DNA from: a virus
DNA: 64,000 nucleotides
IMG/VR virus record: IMGVR_UViG_3300050821_017216
Location: 32,001-96,000 of that record
Strand: one strand, 5' to 3'
The notes under the pieces: model-generated
Seen by the model: only the letters and a program-made list of their open reading frames with translations
Databases searched by the model: none
Told to the model about the DNA's origin: nothing
Program-made: the position numbers and the translations under genes
Shown here: piece after piece, positions 43,331 to 52,731 of the stretch
Layout: the number at the start of each line of letters is the position of its first letter
Position numbering within the stretch: the first letter of the stretch is position 1

Positions 43331-45147
43331 TTCCTTCGCTTTCGTTCACGTTCGAGCGTCTGCTCGACCACTTCCATGTCCTCGGGCTCCACGTCGAAGA
43401 ACGTGATCCCTCCGCCGAGCACCGACGCGCCGAAGTCGCTCACGCCCTCCCATACCGTGTCGGACAGGTCGCCGAAGCTCGCGTCCTGCATGTCGATCCG
43501 CTCTTGCCGGCCGGAGTCGGCGGCCAAGTCAACGAGGTAAGCCTGGTCGGGGTCGGTGGGGTCGAACCAGAAGGTTCCTACGAGGTCGGTGTCGTCGTGC
43601 CCTTCGTTGCGGGCGTTGACGAACTTCTTGTGCAACCACGTCAGCGCGTTGCTCTCGATCTGGCGGATGTCAGCGTTCAGTTGCTGCCACCCGGCCTGCG
43701 TGATGTCGCCGGACCGGATCTCCAGGAGGCCTTCCTTGATCGCCTTTTTCTTGAACTCGGGGTCCTCGTTGAACCGTTCGTGCGCGTTCTCCTCGACCAG
43801 GCGCTGGTCGTATACGCCGACGGCGAACCCGGCGTTCGCCTCCCGTCCAGAGCTCCGTGCCACGCGGCGCCGCTGGCGCGACTCCTCGACCCCGGCGGCC
43901 GCGCGCTTCGCCCACACCGATCCATCGCCGGACGTGGACCACGGGATCTCTTCCTGCCACCAGTCGAGCGACTTGGCGGCGGCCTCGACATCCTCCTCGG
44001 TGCGATCCAGCTCCTTGGAGACCGCGCGCACGACGTGCTCGGCGGACACCTCCGCCTCGCTCGATGGGATGCGTCCGCCGTAACGCGTCAACTCGTAGCC
44101 GTCGCGCTCCAGGTTCCCCTCGACAGTGTGGATGGTGTCGTCGGTCAGGTCGCCGTTGACGGCCACTGCGTCACCGAACTCCGCGATGCTGACGATGGTG
44201 TCAGGGTCGAATCCCTCCGCCTCCACGTCGGAGGCCATCGCGTCTCCCGGCGTGCTCCACGCCATCGCCTCGTTCTGGTCGGCCATCCGCTCGACGGTCT
44301 CCTCGATCGCCGTCCTGATGTCGCCGTAGCCGAGCACGTCGTCCCTGAACGCCTCGTCCTCGTCCGCGAGTTTTTCGGGGATGGTCGACACCCTCCCGTT
44401 CGACCACTTCACCGCGTGGTTGGGCATGTCCGTGGACCACCCGCTGGGCCCCTCGTCACCGCGACCGTAGTTGAGCAGGGCTTCCGCGATGACGAGCGCG
44501 CGCTGCTCCGGCGTCGCCTCGTCCTCGAACCAGATCCGCTGGTCGCCGTCGTCGTCGAAGCCGGCGCTCTGGAGCGCACTTCTGACGTCGTCGTTCTTCG
44601 GGTCGAGGTCGTCGAGGTCGAACCACGCCTCCTTCGTCCAGAACGGGAAGCCGACCTCGGCCGCATCCCCGTCGCCGACGTACTCGCGGACCGGCTGGAT
44701 CTTGAGCAGCTCGACGTGATCCCCGTCGGCCATCGCGATGGTGCCGCCGTGCGCACTGGGGTCCATGTCCCCACCGATCTGCTGCCACTCCATCGTCGGG
44801 ATGGTGACCTCGACTGGCGTGGCGCCCGGCTCGATGCCGGGAAGGTTCTGCTGCTTGCGTCGTGAAGCCATCACCGACCTCGCTCCTGTTGAGCGCGTCT
44901 TTCGCGCGTGCACCTTGATCTCGACGGTGTCGCGTTCCTGAGCGCCGTTGACCCAGGCCGTGAACCTGTCGCCGCGATCGTGTAGCAGCTTCACGTCTGC
45001 GTTCAGCTGCCGACCGAGCCACACCTCGACAACTCGGAGCGGGACCTCACCGGCGCGCGCCTGGAAGTTCACCGAGTCGGCCAGCGGGTACGGGTCGACG
45101 ACCACGCTGGCGTCATTGGCGAGCGGCAGTGCCGGGTCGATCTTCAT
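43327..45147 (-). CDS. Acidic multi-module hypothetical protein
   Basis: 606 aa, very D/E-rich; internal RBS+ATG at 44871. Confidence 0.7.
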   Translation of the reverse strand: MKIDPALPLANDASVVVDPYPLADSVNFQARAGEVPLRVVEVWLGRQLNADVKLLHDRGDRFTAWVNGAQERDTVEIKVHARKTRSTGARSVMASRRKQQNLPGIEPGATPVEVTIPTMEWQQIGGDMDPSAHGGTIAMADGDHVELLKIQPVREYVGDGDAAEVGFPFWTKEAWFDLDDLDPKNDDVRSALQSAGFDDDGDQRIWFEDEATPEQRALVIAEALLNYGRGDEGPSGWSTDMPNHAVKWSNGRVSTIPEKLADEDEAFRDDVLGYGDIRTAIEETVERMADQNEAMAWSTPGDAMASDVEAEGFDPDTIVSIAEFGDAVAVNGDLTDDTIHTVEGNLERDGYELTRYGGRIPSSEAEVSAEHVVRAVSKELDRTEEDVEAAAKSLDWWQEEIPWSTSGDGSVWAKRAAAGVEESRQRRRVARSSGREANAGFAVGVYDQRLVEENAHERFNEDPEFKKKAIKEGLLEIRSGDITQAGWQQLNADIRQIESNALTWLHKKFVNARNEGHDDTDLVGTFWFDPTDPDQAYLVDLAADSGRQERIDMQDASFGDLSDTVWEGVSDFGASVLGGGITFFDVEPEDMEVVEQTLERERKRRK

Positions 45148-45148
45148 C

Positions 45149-45859
45149 TCAACTCTGCCTCCAGTACACGAGCCCGCCCTTGGTCGTGTACGAGTTGCTG
45201 TCGTACGACGACAGGAAGTGCGCTGCGCCGTCGGTGTCTACCGCGTCCTCGGCGGCGGCGTCGATGTCGATGCCGGCGATCTCGATCGCCTTCTTGACAG
45301 CGTCTTCGCGGCCGTAGATGTCTTCGAGGTAGCTCATCGGGTCCTTGAGCTGCTCTTCGGTCTGTCGCTCGGCGAGCTCGGCGATCTGGTCCTCGTCGGG
45401 TGACGGCACGTCGCCGTCATCGTCCTCCTCGGGCGCGTCGAACCCCTCGCGCTCCCACTCGCGCCAGAACTCGCTGTCGCGCATGTCGCGCAGGGTCTCC
45501 TCGTTCTGACTCTGCAGGTCGCTCTCGAGGTCGCGCCTTAGCCGGTCCATGTCGACGTGGCGCTCGATGAAGTCCTGGTTGAAGTTCTCGGGGCTCTCTT
45601 CGAGGTCCTGCTTGACCACGGCCAGCGCGAGCTCGCGCTCCTGGTCCTCGTCGGCGACCACGTTCCACTCCTTGCCGTTCTTCGAGCCGCGGATCGTGAC
45701 CTCGTAGACGGTGCCGGCGCCGAAACCGCCGAGGTGGCTCTCCTTGATCCGGAGCTCGTCGGGCTCGATGTCGAGCTCCCGGGACATCTCGGCGAGCACC
45801 GACTCTTCGTCGTCGAAGTCGACGGAGTCGGAGGCGCGTACGGTGCGGCGGCGAGTCAT
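45149..45859 (-). CDS. Highly acidic phage protein
   Basis: Start MTRRRT; C-terminal DG.AHFLSSYD motif seen in phage proteins. Confidence 0.7.
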   Translation of the reverse strand: MTRRRTVRASDSVDFDDEESVLAEMSRELDIEPDELRIKESHLGGFGAGTVYEVTIRGSKNGKEWNVVADEDQERELALAVVKQDLEESPENFNQDFIERHVDMDRLRRDLESDLQSQNEETLRDMRDSEFWREWEREGFDAPEEDDDGDVPSPDEDQIAELAERQTEEQLKDPMSYLEDIYGREDAVKKAIEIAGIDIDAAAEDAVDTDGAAHFLSSYDSNSYTTKGGLVYWRQS

Positions 45860-46284
45860 TCTTCTGTCTCCTCTTCCTCGTTCTCGTCCTCCTCTTCCTC
45901 CTCTTCCTCTTCCTCCTCCTCTTCCTCTGCCGTGTCGACCTCGATCTCGGCCCACTGCTTCTCGGCGTCCTTCTTCTCGTCGAACCAGTCGGCCTCGACG
46001 ATGCCGTCGGACCGCTCGAAGAAGATGACGGCAGCGCTCTCGTCGAGGAGATCCTGCTCCTCCTCGGTGAGCGGCTCCTCCTCCTTCTCGGCGATCTCGC
46101 CGACCTGCTCGCGCGCGCTCTTGTCGAGCCACACGAGCCCGTACCAGCCGCTACCCTCGCCGTAGCTGGCCTCCTCGTCGACGCCGCCGTCGAGCGCCAG
46201 CTCGTAGGCGAAGCTGTCGAGCAGTGTGTAGAACTTCCCCGGCCCGTACGATCGGATCCCCTTCGCGCTCGCTCCAGCCATCAT
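45856..46284 (-). CDS. Acidic protein with poly-Glu tail
   Basis: GPGKF...LD..., C-terminal EEEEEEEEEEEEEDENEEEETEE. Confidence 0.7.
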   Translation of the reverse strand: MMAGASAKGIRSYGPGKFYTLLDSFAYELALDGGVDEEASYGEGSGWYGLVWLDKSAREQVGEIAEKEEEPLTEEEQDLLDESAAVIFFERSDGIVEADWFDEKKDAEKQWAEIEVDTAEEEEEEEEEEEEEDENEEEETEE

Positions 46285-46688
46285 ACCCTCCACTCGACCC
46301 ACTTCGGGTCGGACTCTGTCGGCAGTTGAGACGTCGGCACTCCGATCGACGTCAGGATCTTGCGGAGGTCTGCGTACTCCTCGGCCGCCACCCCGTCGAT
46401 GTACTCGTCGCCCGAGTCGCTCTCAACGCCCCAGAGCCCCCCGCTCTTGAGCGTCTGGGTGACGCCCTCGATCACGACCTCCGCCTCCGCGCGCACGCCC
46501 ACGAGCGTGAAGTCGCCGCGCTCGTACTGCTCGCGGCGAGCCTCGTCCTGGTCCCTGTAGTCCGGGTCGCCGCTGTCGAAGTACGACGTGTCAGGGTCGT
46601 CGTCGGGCAGCACGAGCACGCGGATGGACCGCACCTCCGGCGTGGATCGTTTGCGCGCGACCTCGACGACGCGTTTACGCGTAGCCAT
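46281..46688 (-). CDS. Acidic conserved phage protein
   Basis: GDF...GV.AE...LWGVES motif; start MATRKR. Confidence 0.7.
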   Translation of the reverse strand: MATRKRVVEVARKRSTPEVRSIRVLVLPDDDPDTSYFDSGDPDYRDQDEARREQYERGDFTLVGVRAEAEVVIEGVTQTLKSGGLWGVESDSGDEYIDGVAAEEYADLRKILTSIGVPTSQLPTESDPKWVEWRV

Positions 46689-46757
46689 CCAGTAGCTCCC
46701 TTCTTGTCGAAGCCATCCTCTCACGGCCGCCGACACGGCGCAAGTCGGCGCCGTTTT

Positions 46758-47513
46758 TCAACCGGCCGGGGGGACTTGCTTCGTGAGCGCCCAGATGAGC
46801 AGCGCGGCGAGCACGGTGACGACGCCGCCGGCGATCATGAACGCGACGCGCAGCCAGCGCGTGTTGGCCTCGGCCAGCTCCGCGCGCTGGTCCTGGACCC
46901 GCCGGAGTTCCCCCGCGCTCGCCACCTCTATCGCCCTTTTCTCGAGCTCGAGGCGCATGATCCGCTGCTCGGCCTCGAAGTGGGCCTCGATCGCCGCGCG
47001 CTCTTGGGCGAGCATCCCGCGCACGCGGTCGCTCGGGATCGGATCCGCACCCTTCAGCCGACCCAGGTCGCGGAACCGCTCGTCGAGCTGGTCCTCGATG
47101 CGCTCGCTCACCTCGGCGAGTCCCTCCTCCAGGTCGTGGCTGGAAGCGACGCGCTCGCGGCCAGGCTCGACGTCGCCGAGCTTGACCTGCGCGTGCTCGC
47201 CGGACGGCGAGAGGTCGATGCGGATGCCGACGGCCCGCAGCGACTCGACCAGCGTCAGCCTGAAGTTCCTGAAGTCGCGCCCGAGCTCCGCCCGCATCTG
47301 CTGCAGCTCGGCTGTGATGGTGTTCTTGATGGTCTTCTCGTGCGCGACGAGGTGGTTGATGATCGACGCGTGGTACCCGGCCGCCGCGTTGCTGGCGCTC
47401 CACGCGACCCGCCAAGCGGCGCGCGAGACCTCTGTCGGGGTACCGTTCGGCGGCTCGGGGATGGCGGTCTCGTTTTCCATCACGTCCTCGTCATCGGATC
47501 GGTTCTTCGGCAT
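46758..47513 (-). CDS. Coiled-coil protein with C-terminal transmembrane anchor
   Basis: WLRVAFMIAGGVVTVLAALLIWAL. Confidence 0.65.
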   Translation of the reverse strand: MPKNRSDDEDVMENETAIPEPPNGTPTEVSRAAWRVAWSASNAAAGYHASIINHLVAHEKTIKNTITAELQQMRAELGRDFRNFRLTLVESLRAVGIRIDLSPSGEHAQVKLGDVEPGRERVASSHDLEEGLAEVSERIEDQLDERFRDLGRLKGADPIPSDRVRGMLAQERAAIEAHFEAEQRIMRLELEKRAIEVASAGELRRVQDQRAELAEANTRWLRVAFMIAGGVVTVLAALLIWALTKQVPPAG

Positions 47514-47638
47514 GGGCGCATGGTCGCGAGACCCTCTCGTCAGACTGCAGCGGCGCGGTCGCGCGCGCTCGTGCCGTCACCTCATCTTGTCGAGATCAAG
47601 GTTGCCCGAGCTCGAGAGCGAAAGCAAGATCTCTCCGC

Positions 47639-48013
47639 GTGGACCTCACCTACCGCGTCGTGCGCCACGTCGGCGAGCTTGAGCTGGGCGAGTGCACGGT
47701 GCGCGGCGCGCACGACGATCGCGCGCGCGTGTGGTGGATGCTCTGGGCGTGGGTCCGCAGGCAGGACGGCGGCGAGCCGTTCTACGTGGCGGTTCCGGTC
47801 AACCCGCACGGCCCGTACCTGGAGGTCGGGCCGAGCGGCCGGCGCACGTGGGGGCTCGCGCGCGTCGACGCGACCACCTGGCAGGTCGCGCCGTCGATCG
47901 ACGTCGTGGGCGACAAGCGACCCGATGGGTCGCGCGAGCCGAGCCTTTGGCACCACACGCCGCGCGTCGTCGGGGTGCCGGCGGGCGAGCCGTGGACCAC
48001 CGAGACGCCGTGA
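47639..48013 (+). CDS. DUF6527-like protein
   Basis: W.....D...W.V.PSI....WH pattern. Confidence 0.45.
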   Translation: MDLTYRVVRHVGELELGECTVRGAHDDRARVWWMLWAWVRRQDGGEPFYVAVPVNPHGPYLEVGPSGRRTWGLARVDATTWQVAPSIDVVGDKRPDGSREPSLWHHTPRVVGVPAGEPWTTETP

Positions 48014-48019
48014 AGGGGG

Positions 48020-48047
48020 TTGCGATCGAGTGTGTTTTGACTATGAT
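48020..48047 (+). promoter_or_regulatory. Sigma70-like promoter, leaderless transcript
   Basis: TTGCGA-16-TATGAT, then 7 nt to the ATG at 48055. Confidence 0.7.
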
Positions 48048-48054
48048 TGAAAAC

Positions 48055-48513
48055 ATGCCTCGGCTCCGGCTCGTCGACTGGGCGTTCACGTGGGATCCCG
48101 ACAAGGCGTCGGAGAACTTCAAGAAGCACGGCGTCACCTTCCTCGAAGCGGCGACGTCTTTCCTCGACCCGAACGGTCTGGATGGTGTGGACCGGCTCGA
48201 TCCGTCGCGCGAAGAGCTCATTGCCTACTCCGAGCAGCAGCGCCTCCTCCTGACGGTCTACGTCGAGGTCGACGGGGAGATCATCCGAATCATCAGCGCC
48301 CGGCGTGCGACCCGCGCCGAACGCCGCGCGTACGAAGAGAACCTGCGCGGCGGCAAACGCGCCACAGAGGCGACTACACTCGCCACCTATCGGTGGCGCC
48401 GCAACCCGTACGCGCTCGCGCTTCGGCGAACCGGCGTCCGGATCCTGTCGCCGGCGATGCCGCACGCCGCGCGCAGTCTCGACAGCTGGAGACGGCGGAG
48501 GGGGAGTAACTGA
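48055..48513 (+). CDS. brnT: BrnT (DUF497) toxin with C-terminal extension
   Basis: FTWDPDKA..NFKKHGVTF.EA..F.DP...VYVE.....IRIISARRAT..ERR.YE. Confidence 0.85.
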   Translation: MPRLRLVDWAFTWDPDKASENFKKHGVTFLEAATSFLDPNGLDGVDRLDPSREELIAYSEQQRLLLTVYVEVDGEIIRIISARRATRAERRAYEENLRGGKRATEATTLATYRWRRNPYALALRRTGVRILSPAMPHAARSLDSWRRRRGSN

Positions 48514-48695
48514 TGGCGCGCCCGCGAAAACCTCGTGCGACCAAGCAGTCGGTCGTCGTCGCACTGCACCTGACGCCGGCCGAGAAGAAGCTGCTCGACG
48601 CGGCAGCCCTGCGAGAGGGCTTGCCGGTGGCGACCATCGCGCGCCTCTACGCGCTGCGTGTCGCCGGGACGACGGTGGCGGGTGGCGCTCGGTGA
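48513..48695 (+). CDS. RHH/CopG-like antitoxin or regulator
   Basis: TGATG coupling; V.L.LT..E...L..AA..EG.....IAR. Confidence 0.7.
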   Translation: MARPRKPRATKQSVVVALHLTPAEKKLLDAAALREGLPVATIARLYALRVAGTTVAGGAR

Positions 48696-48712
48696 GGTAG
48701 GCTTCGGAAACC

Positions 48713-49057
48713 ATGAGCGGCAAGGTCAGCTTCGCGTGGATGTCGAACCCGCAGTATTTGGCCCAAGTGGGCCACTTCCTGGGCGGCGTCGCGCTCATCG
48801 TCGTCGCCGCGCTCTTCTCGATCGCCCGGTGCGCGGGCTGGACGCCGACGCTCGTCACGCTCGGCGTCGGGGTCGCCGCCGCGACCTTCAAGGAGTTCGT
48901 CTTCGACGTCGCTCCGTGGGGCGAGGGCGACTCGTGGTCCGACTCGCTGATGGACTGGAGCTTTTATGTGCTCGGCGGCGCCGTCGGGACGGGGCTCGCC
49001 GGCTACGCCTACCACCTGGCCCAGAACGGCGCGTGCGCCGCGGGGCTCACCCAATGA
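48713..49057 (+). CDS. Membrane protein
   Basis: Three hydrophobic helices; QVGHF...KEF.FD...DS..D. Confidence 0.65.
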   Translation: MSGKVSFAWMSNPQYLAQVGHFLGGVALIVVAALFSIARCAGWTPTLVTLGVGVAAATFKEFVFDVAPWGEGDSWSDSLMDWSFYVLGGAVGTGLAGYAYHLAQNGACAAGLTQ

Positions 49058-49233
49058 AGACGCGAACCATCTGCAAGCGCTGCCACCGCCTGCGCGAGGT
49101 CCTCGGCCAATACTGCGCGGCTTGTCAGGCCGACCTCCGCGCGATTGAGCAGCCCAAGCGCGCGCCTACTGGCGACCCGCCCCAAGCCTCGGGGGAGGAG
49201 ACCGTGGACGACGATCTGCCGGTCGCGGGCTAG
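49054..49233 (+). CDS. Small Zn-finger protein
   Basis: CKRC...CAAC. Confidence 0.5.
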   Translation: MKTRTICKRCHRLREVLGQYCAACQADLRAIEQPKRAPTGDPPQASGEETVDDDLPVAG

Positions 49234-50741
49234 GCCGCGACGACCGTGATCTTCGAGTCGGTCGGGAACCAGTAGGCGTTCCCGCCGAACCCGGTGCCCG
49301 CGCCGACGGCGGCGTCGAGGTGCGCGAGCGTGATCGCGGTGGGGCCCACGAAGAGCCCGGTCGCTGGGTTGAACGCGAAGGCGTTGTCCTGGTTGGCGAT
49401 CTGGAAGAACGCCGCTGTCCCACCGTCGAAGACGAAGGTGGACGACGCGGTCCCGACGATGTGGATGTTCCCGCCCGCCCCCGAGCCTGCTCCCAAGCCT
49501 GCCAGCTTGAAGAGCGCGCCGCCGCTCGTCGTGCCGTAGCAGACACCTTCCCCGTCGAAGTACGCCCCGAAGTTCGTGGCGTCGGCGCCGAAGGCGAACC
49601 CGATTGGTGTAGACGCCCCGCCGTCGAGGAAGCGTCCGAAGTTTCCGATGAAGCTCGATCCCGACGGGAGCGCGAAGTCCTCCCCGACGTCGACGGTGAA
49701 CGCGCCCAAGACCTGGAAGTCCTGATCGAGGAACGCCCCTCCGCCGCCGAGAAAGACCCCGCGGCGCGCGTACCCGCAGATCGCCCCAGACGCCGAGCCG
49801 ACGTCGCCGCTGAACTTGTCGGCGGCGGGCGTTCCCGAGAAGGCGGGCGCTGCGCAGTTCGCGAAGATGACGCCGCCGTTGGTCTGACGCGCCTGGTCCG
49901 TGATGCACTCGACGAACATGACGAGCGCGCCCGCCGTGTCGTCGAGGTAACCGAGCGATCCGTTGACGGTGAGCGTGTCGGCGGATCCCTGCGAGACGCC
50001 GTGGCCCCTGCGCACGAGCACCGTCGCGACGCCGGAGCCGTTGCTCGTGCCCCGCCCGAGCGCGAACGTCCCGTTCGCTCCGAAGTAGACCTCGGGCAAG
50101 GTCAGGATCTCGTACGCGTCGCTCGCCCCCACCGCGGCGGCACCGAGGCCGTCCTCCGCCGTCGTGATCGCGAACGCGGGCGCGGTCGTCGACACCGCCC
50201 TCGACGCCGCGATCGTCCCCGGCGATCCACCGGTGACGACCCAGCTCGCCGCGCCGCTCGTCGTGTCGACGAGCAGCTGGTCGACGTCGGGCGTCCACGA
50301 GACGACGCCCGCGTCGGTGACGGTCTGCTGGCCGGTGGGCGTCCGCGCGAACGCGTTGGGGACTGTCGCGATGGTGCCCGATCGCTTGACGGTCGTCGTG
50401 CAGTCGATGACGAGCGAGCACCCCGGCTGCGCGTCGAGGTCCCAGAGCGCCGAGAGGGGGTCGGTGAAGTCCGGCGCGTCGCCCGCCACCGTGACCGTGA
50501 TGTCGATCGCTGGCAGCGTCGGCCGGACGCCGAGGAGCCCGCCGTCCCAGCGCCTGCGGACCTCACCAACCTGGGCGACGGCCGTCTCCGGGGTCTTGCC
50601 GTCGTTCGCGTTGTTCCCGGTGTCGTAGTTCACAAACCACGCGGTCTGATTCAGGAACGGCGTCGGGTTGAAGCTGCCGGTCTGGGGTGTGGACGGGTAG
50701 ACCTCCGTCGCGTACCTACCCCGACCGATGACGCGACTCAT
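49230..50741 (-). CDS. Fibre/adhesin-like beta-rich protein with GRGRY N-terminal tag
   Basis: MSRVIGRGRYATEVYP; WFVNYDTGNNANDG (pectin-lyase-like start); G/A/T/V-rich. Confidence 0.65.
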   Translation of the reverse strand: MSRVIGRGRYATEVYPSTPQTGSFNPTPFLNQTAWFVNYDTGNNANDGKTPETAVAQVGEVRRRWDGGLLGVRPTLPAIDITVTVAGDAPDFTDPLSALWDLDAQPGCSLVIDCTTTVKRSGTIATVPNAFARTPTGQQTVTDAGVVSWTPDVDQLLVDTTSGAASWVVTGGSPGTIAASRAVSTTAPAFAITTAEDGLGAAAVGASDAYEILTLPEVYFGANGTFALGRGTSNGSGVATVLVRRGHGVSQGSADTLTVNGSLGYLDDTAGALVMFVECITDQARQTNGGVIFANCAAPAFSGTPAADKFSGDVGSASGAICGYARRGVFLGGGGAFLDQDFQVLGAFTVDVGEDFALPSGSSFIGNFGRFLDGGASTPIGFAFGADATNFGAYFDGEGVCYGTTSGGALFKLAGLGAGSGAGGNIHIVGTASSTFVFDGGTAAFFQIANQDNAFAFNPATGLFVGPTAITLAHLDAAVGAGTGFGGNAYWFPTDSKITVVAA

Positions 50742-50747
50742 GGGTGG

Positions 50748-50776
50748 ATTCTATTGCAATGGTCGCGCATCCGCAA
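50748..50776 (-). promoter_or_regulatory. Sigma70-like promoter, leaderless transcript
   Basis: TTGCGG-17-TAGAAT, then 6 nt to the ATG at 50741. Confidence 0.6.
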
Positions 50777-50797
50777 AGTGGTCACGTTGAACGTCTC

Positions 50798-51877
50798 TTA
50801 CTGCTCGATGGCCACGATGTTGGCCCCGTTCGTACCCACGGTGAAGGTCGCACCACCGTCGACGCTCGCCGTGATCGTGTAGGTGTGCGGCCCGTTGTCG
50901 GGCAGTATGTCGACGGCCATGATCGGGATGGCGACACGCAGGGCGCCTGCAGCGAGAGCCTGCGGCGGTTGCGCGATGATGACTCCCGCGTCACGCGAGA
51001 TGGTCACGGTCAGGTTGCAGGGAGCGCTCGCGACGCCCAGCACGTTGGCCTGGATGCTGACGATGCCGCTCTTCTGCCTCTGGATGCTCGTAGTGCTAGC
51101 GGTGACCGTCCCCGTCCCGGTGCCGGTGTTCGCATGACCCTGGACGATGCTGACGATCGGGTCCCAGGTCCAGGTCAACGCTCCGGTGAATCCAGGCTGC
51201 GTCGCACTGAAGACCGCTGCAGGGGAGTAGCTCGTGACCGCCACGGGTCCGGCACCGGACAGGGTTGACGCCTGGACCGACGCACGGTCGAACATGAGAA
51301 TGTCGACGTCGGCCCCGACGTCGGACTGGATGAACGGCGCTCCCGTCACGATGGTGTTGGCCTCGAACATGTGCAGGCCAAACTGGCCGCCGCTCTCGAC
51401 GTGGACGAAAGGTGCGGCGCCGACCTGGGCCTGGGCCTGCCCGTTGTACATGCGCAGCGCCGAGAGCTGCCCCGAAGCGACGACGATGGGTGACGACGTC
51501 GCCACCGACGAGAAGAAGATGCCGTCGTGGAGCTCGAGCTCGCGGAATGTGATGATGGCGCCCGGTTCGGCGAGGATCGTCTCGTTCGCGTTCGACGGGA
51601 TGCTGTTGTAGAACTTGAACTGGTCGAGATCCCACGGACCCCCGCTCGGGATGCTGCAGGGCGCCGCGGTCGAGTCGATCGCGACCCACTTGATCGCCGC
51701 GGGATCGAGCGTACTGGTGGCCGCGTAGAGGTCGGGGAAGTCCCCGAACACGTTTCGGCTCGCCTTTGCGTTCTGTCGCCACACGAAGGACGACGCCACG
51801 TTGAACGGCGAGACGCCGAGCGGTTGCGTCGGGTACGTCTCCCGCGCGTGTCGACCGCGACCGATGAGGTGGCCCAC
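50798..51877 (-). CDS. Fibre/spike-like beta-rich protein with GRGRH N-terminal tag
   Basis: MGHLIGRGRHARETYP; beta-helix-like repeats. Confidence 0.65.
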   Translation of the reverse strand: MGHLIGRGRHARETYPTQPLGVSPFNVASSFVWRQNAKASRNVFGDFPDLYAATSTLDPAAIKWVAIDSTAAPCSIPSGGPWDLDQFKFYNSIPSNANETILAEPGAIITFRELELHDGIFFSSVATSSPIVVASGQLSALRMYNGQAQAQVGAAPFVHVESGGQFGLHMFEANTIVTGAPFIQSDVGADVDILMFDRASVQASTLSGAGPVAVTSYSPAAVFSATQPGFTGALTWTWDPIVSIVQGHANTGTGTGTVTASTTSIQRQKSGIVSIQANVLGVASAPCNLTVTISRDAGVIIAQPPQALAAGALRVAIPIMAVDILPDNGPHTYTITASVDGGATFTVGTNGANIVAIEQ

Positions 51878-51916
51878 GCAGGAGAGCGTACCACGGAGCC
51901 GCGATCAGGCGGCTAA

Positions 51917-52582
51917 CTACTCGATTCCGGTCACCTCGTGGGCGTCGCTCCCGGACACGAAGGCGCTCGGGTCCTTCAGCGCGATCCGCCGGAGCGCGGC
52001 CCGGCGCCTGGCTAGCTGCCTGCCGTACTTGCACGACCCGCTCGCGACCTCAGCGAGCTGCTCGTCCTCGGGCAGCTTCGCGCAGTCCCGGCGCGCTTGC
52101 GCGGCGGCCGCGAGCCAGATGGGAGCGGCCTTCTCCGGGATCCGGGCGACCTCCGGCGTCGCGTACCGCGCCGAGAGCTGCCACGGGCCGTGACTCTTCC
52201 CACTATCTCCCACCGCGGAGAGGCGGAGGTTGCTCTCGAAGACGCTGTAGACGACGAGGTCGCCCGCCTCGTCGCGGGTCGTCGCGGTCCGCGCGATGGC
52301 CGAGGCTATGCGGTTGGCCTGCCCGACCCGGTCCCAGCGGTAGTGGTCTTTGCCGAGCTCGCGGCTCGGGAGCCGCCGCATCATCGCGAGCACGTCGTCG
52401 GTCGTGAGCGAGGTGGGGAGGTCCGTCGGGATCGTGGAGTCGTCCGGCTTTGACGCATCGTGGCGGTCCGGCGACGCCAGCGCGGCTTCGACGCCGGCAG
52501 GTTGGGTCTGCGCGCTCGAGTCGCGCAGCGCGAGCAGCGCCGTCACCAGGACCAGGAAGCTGAGGGCTGTTTTCATGCCCAC
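51917..52582 (-). CDS. Exported lytic transglycosylase/lysozyme-like protein
   Basis: Signal peptide; FESN....AVGD.G.SHGPWQL. Confidence 0.6.
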   Translation of the reverse strand: MGMKTALSFLVLVTALLALRDSSAQTQPAGVEAALASPDRHDASKPDDSTIPTDLPTSLTTDDVLAMMRRLPSRELGKDHYRWDRVGQANRIASAIARTATTRDEAGDLVVYSVFESNLRLSAVGDSGKSHGPWQLSARYATPEVARIPEKAAPIWLAAAAQARRDCAKLPEDEQLAEVASGSCKYGRQLARRRAALRRIALKDPSAFVSGSDAHEVTGIE

Positions 52583-52731
52583 GTTCTACTCGCGGATTAC
52601 CCGGACGCTCAAGACCCCATTCGCTCTGGTGCAGAACGGTCTTGACTTCTACCCGACGTCGGTGCGTCACCGTGGCCGGACACGTGGTGGCGGCGGGCGC
52701 GAGCGGGTAGAGTCTGCCACGGGAGGCCACC

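Noticed and set aside
45149-46132. 327-aa ORF as given in the track
   Set aside because: Its 5' part is an off-frame reading of the poly-Glu gene; the real start is MTRRRT at 45859.
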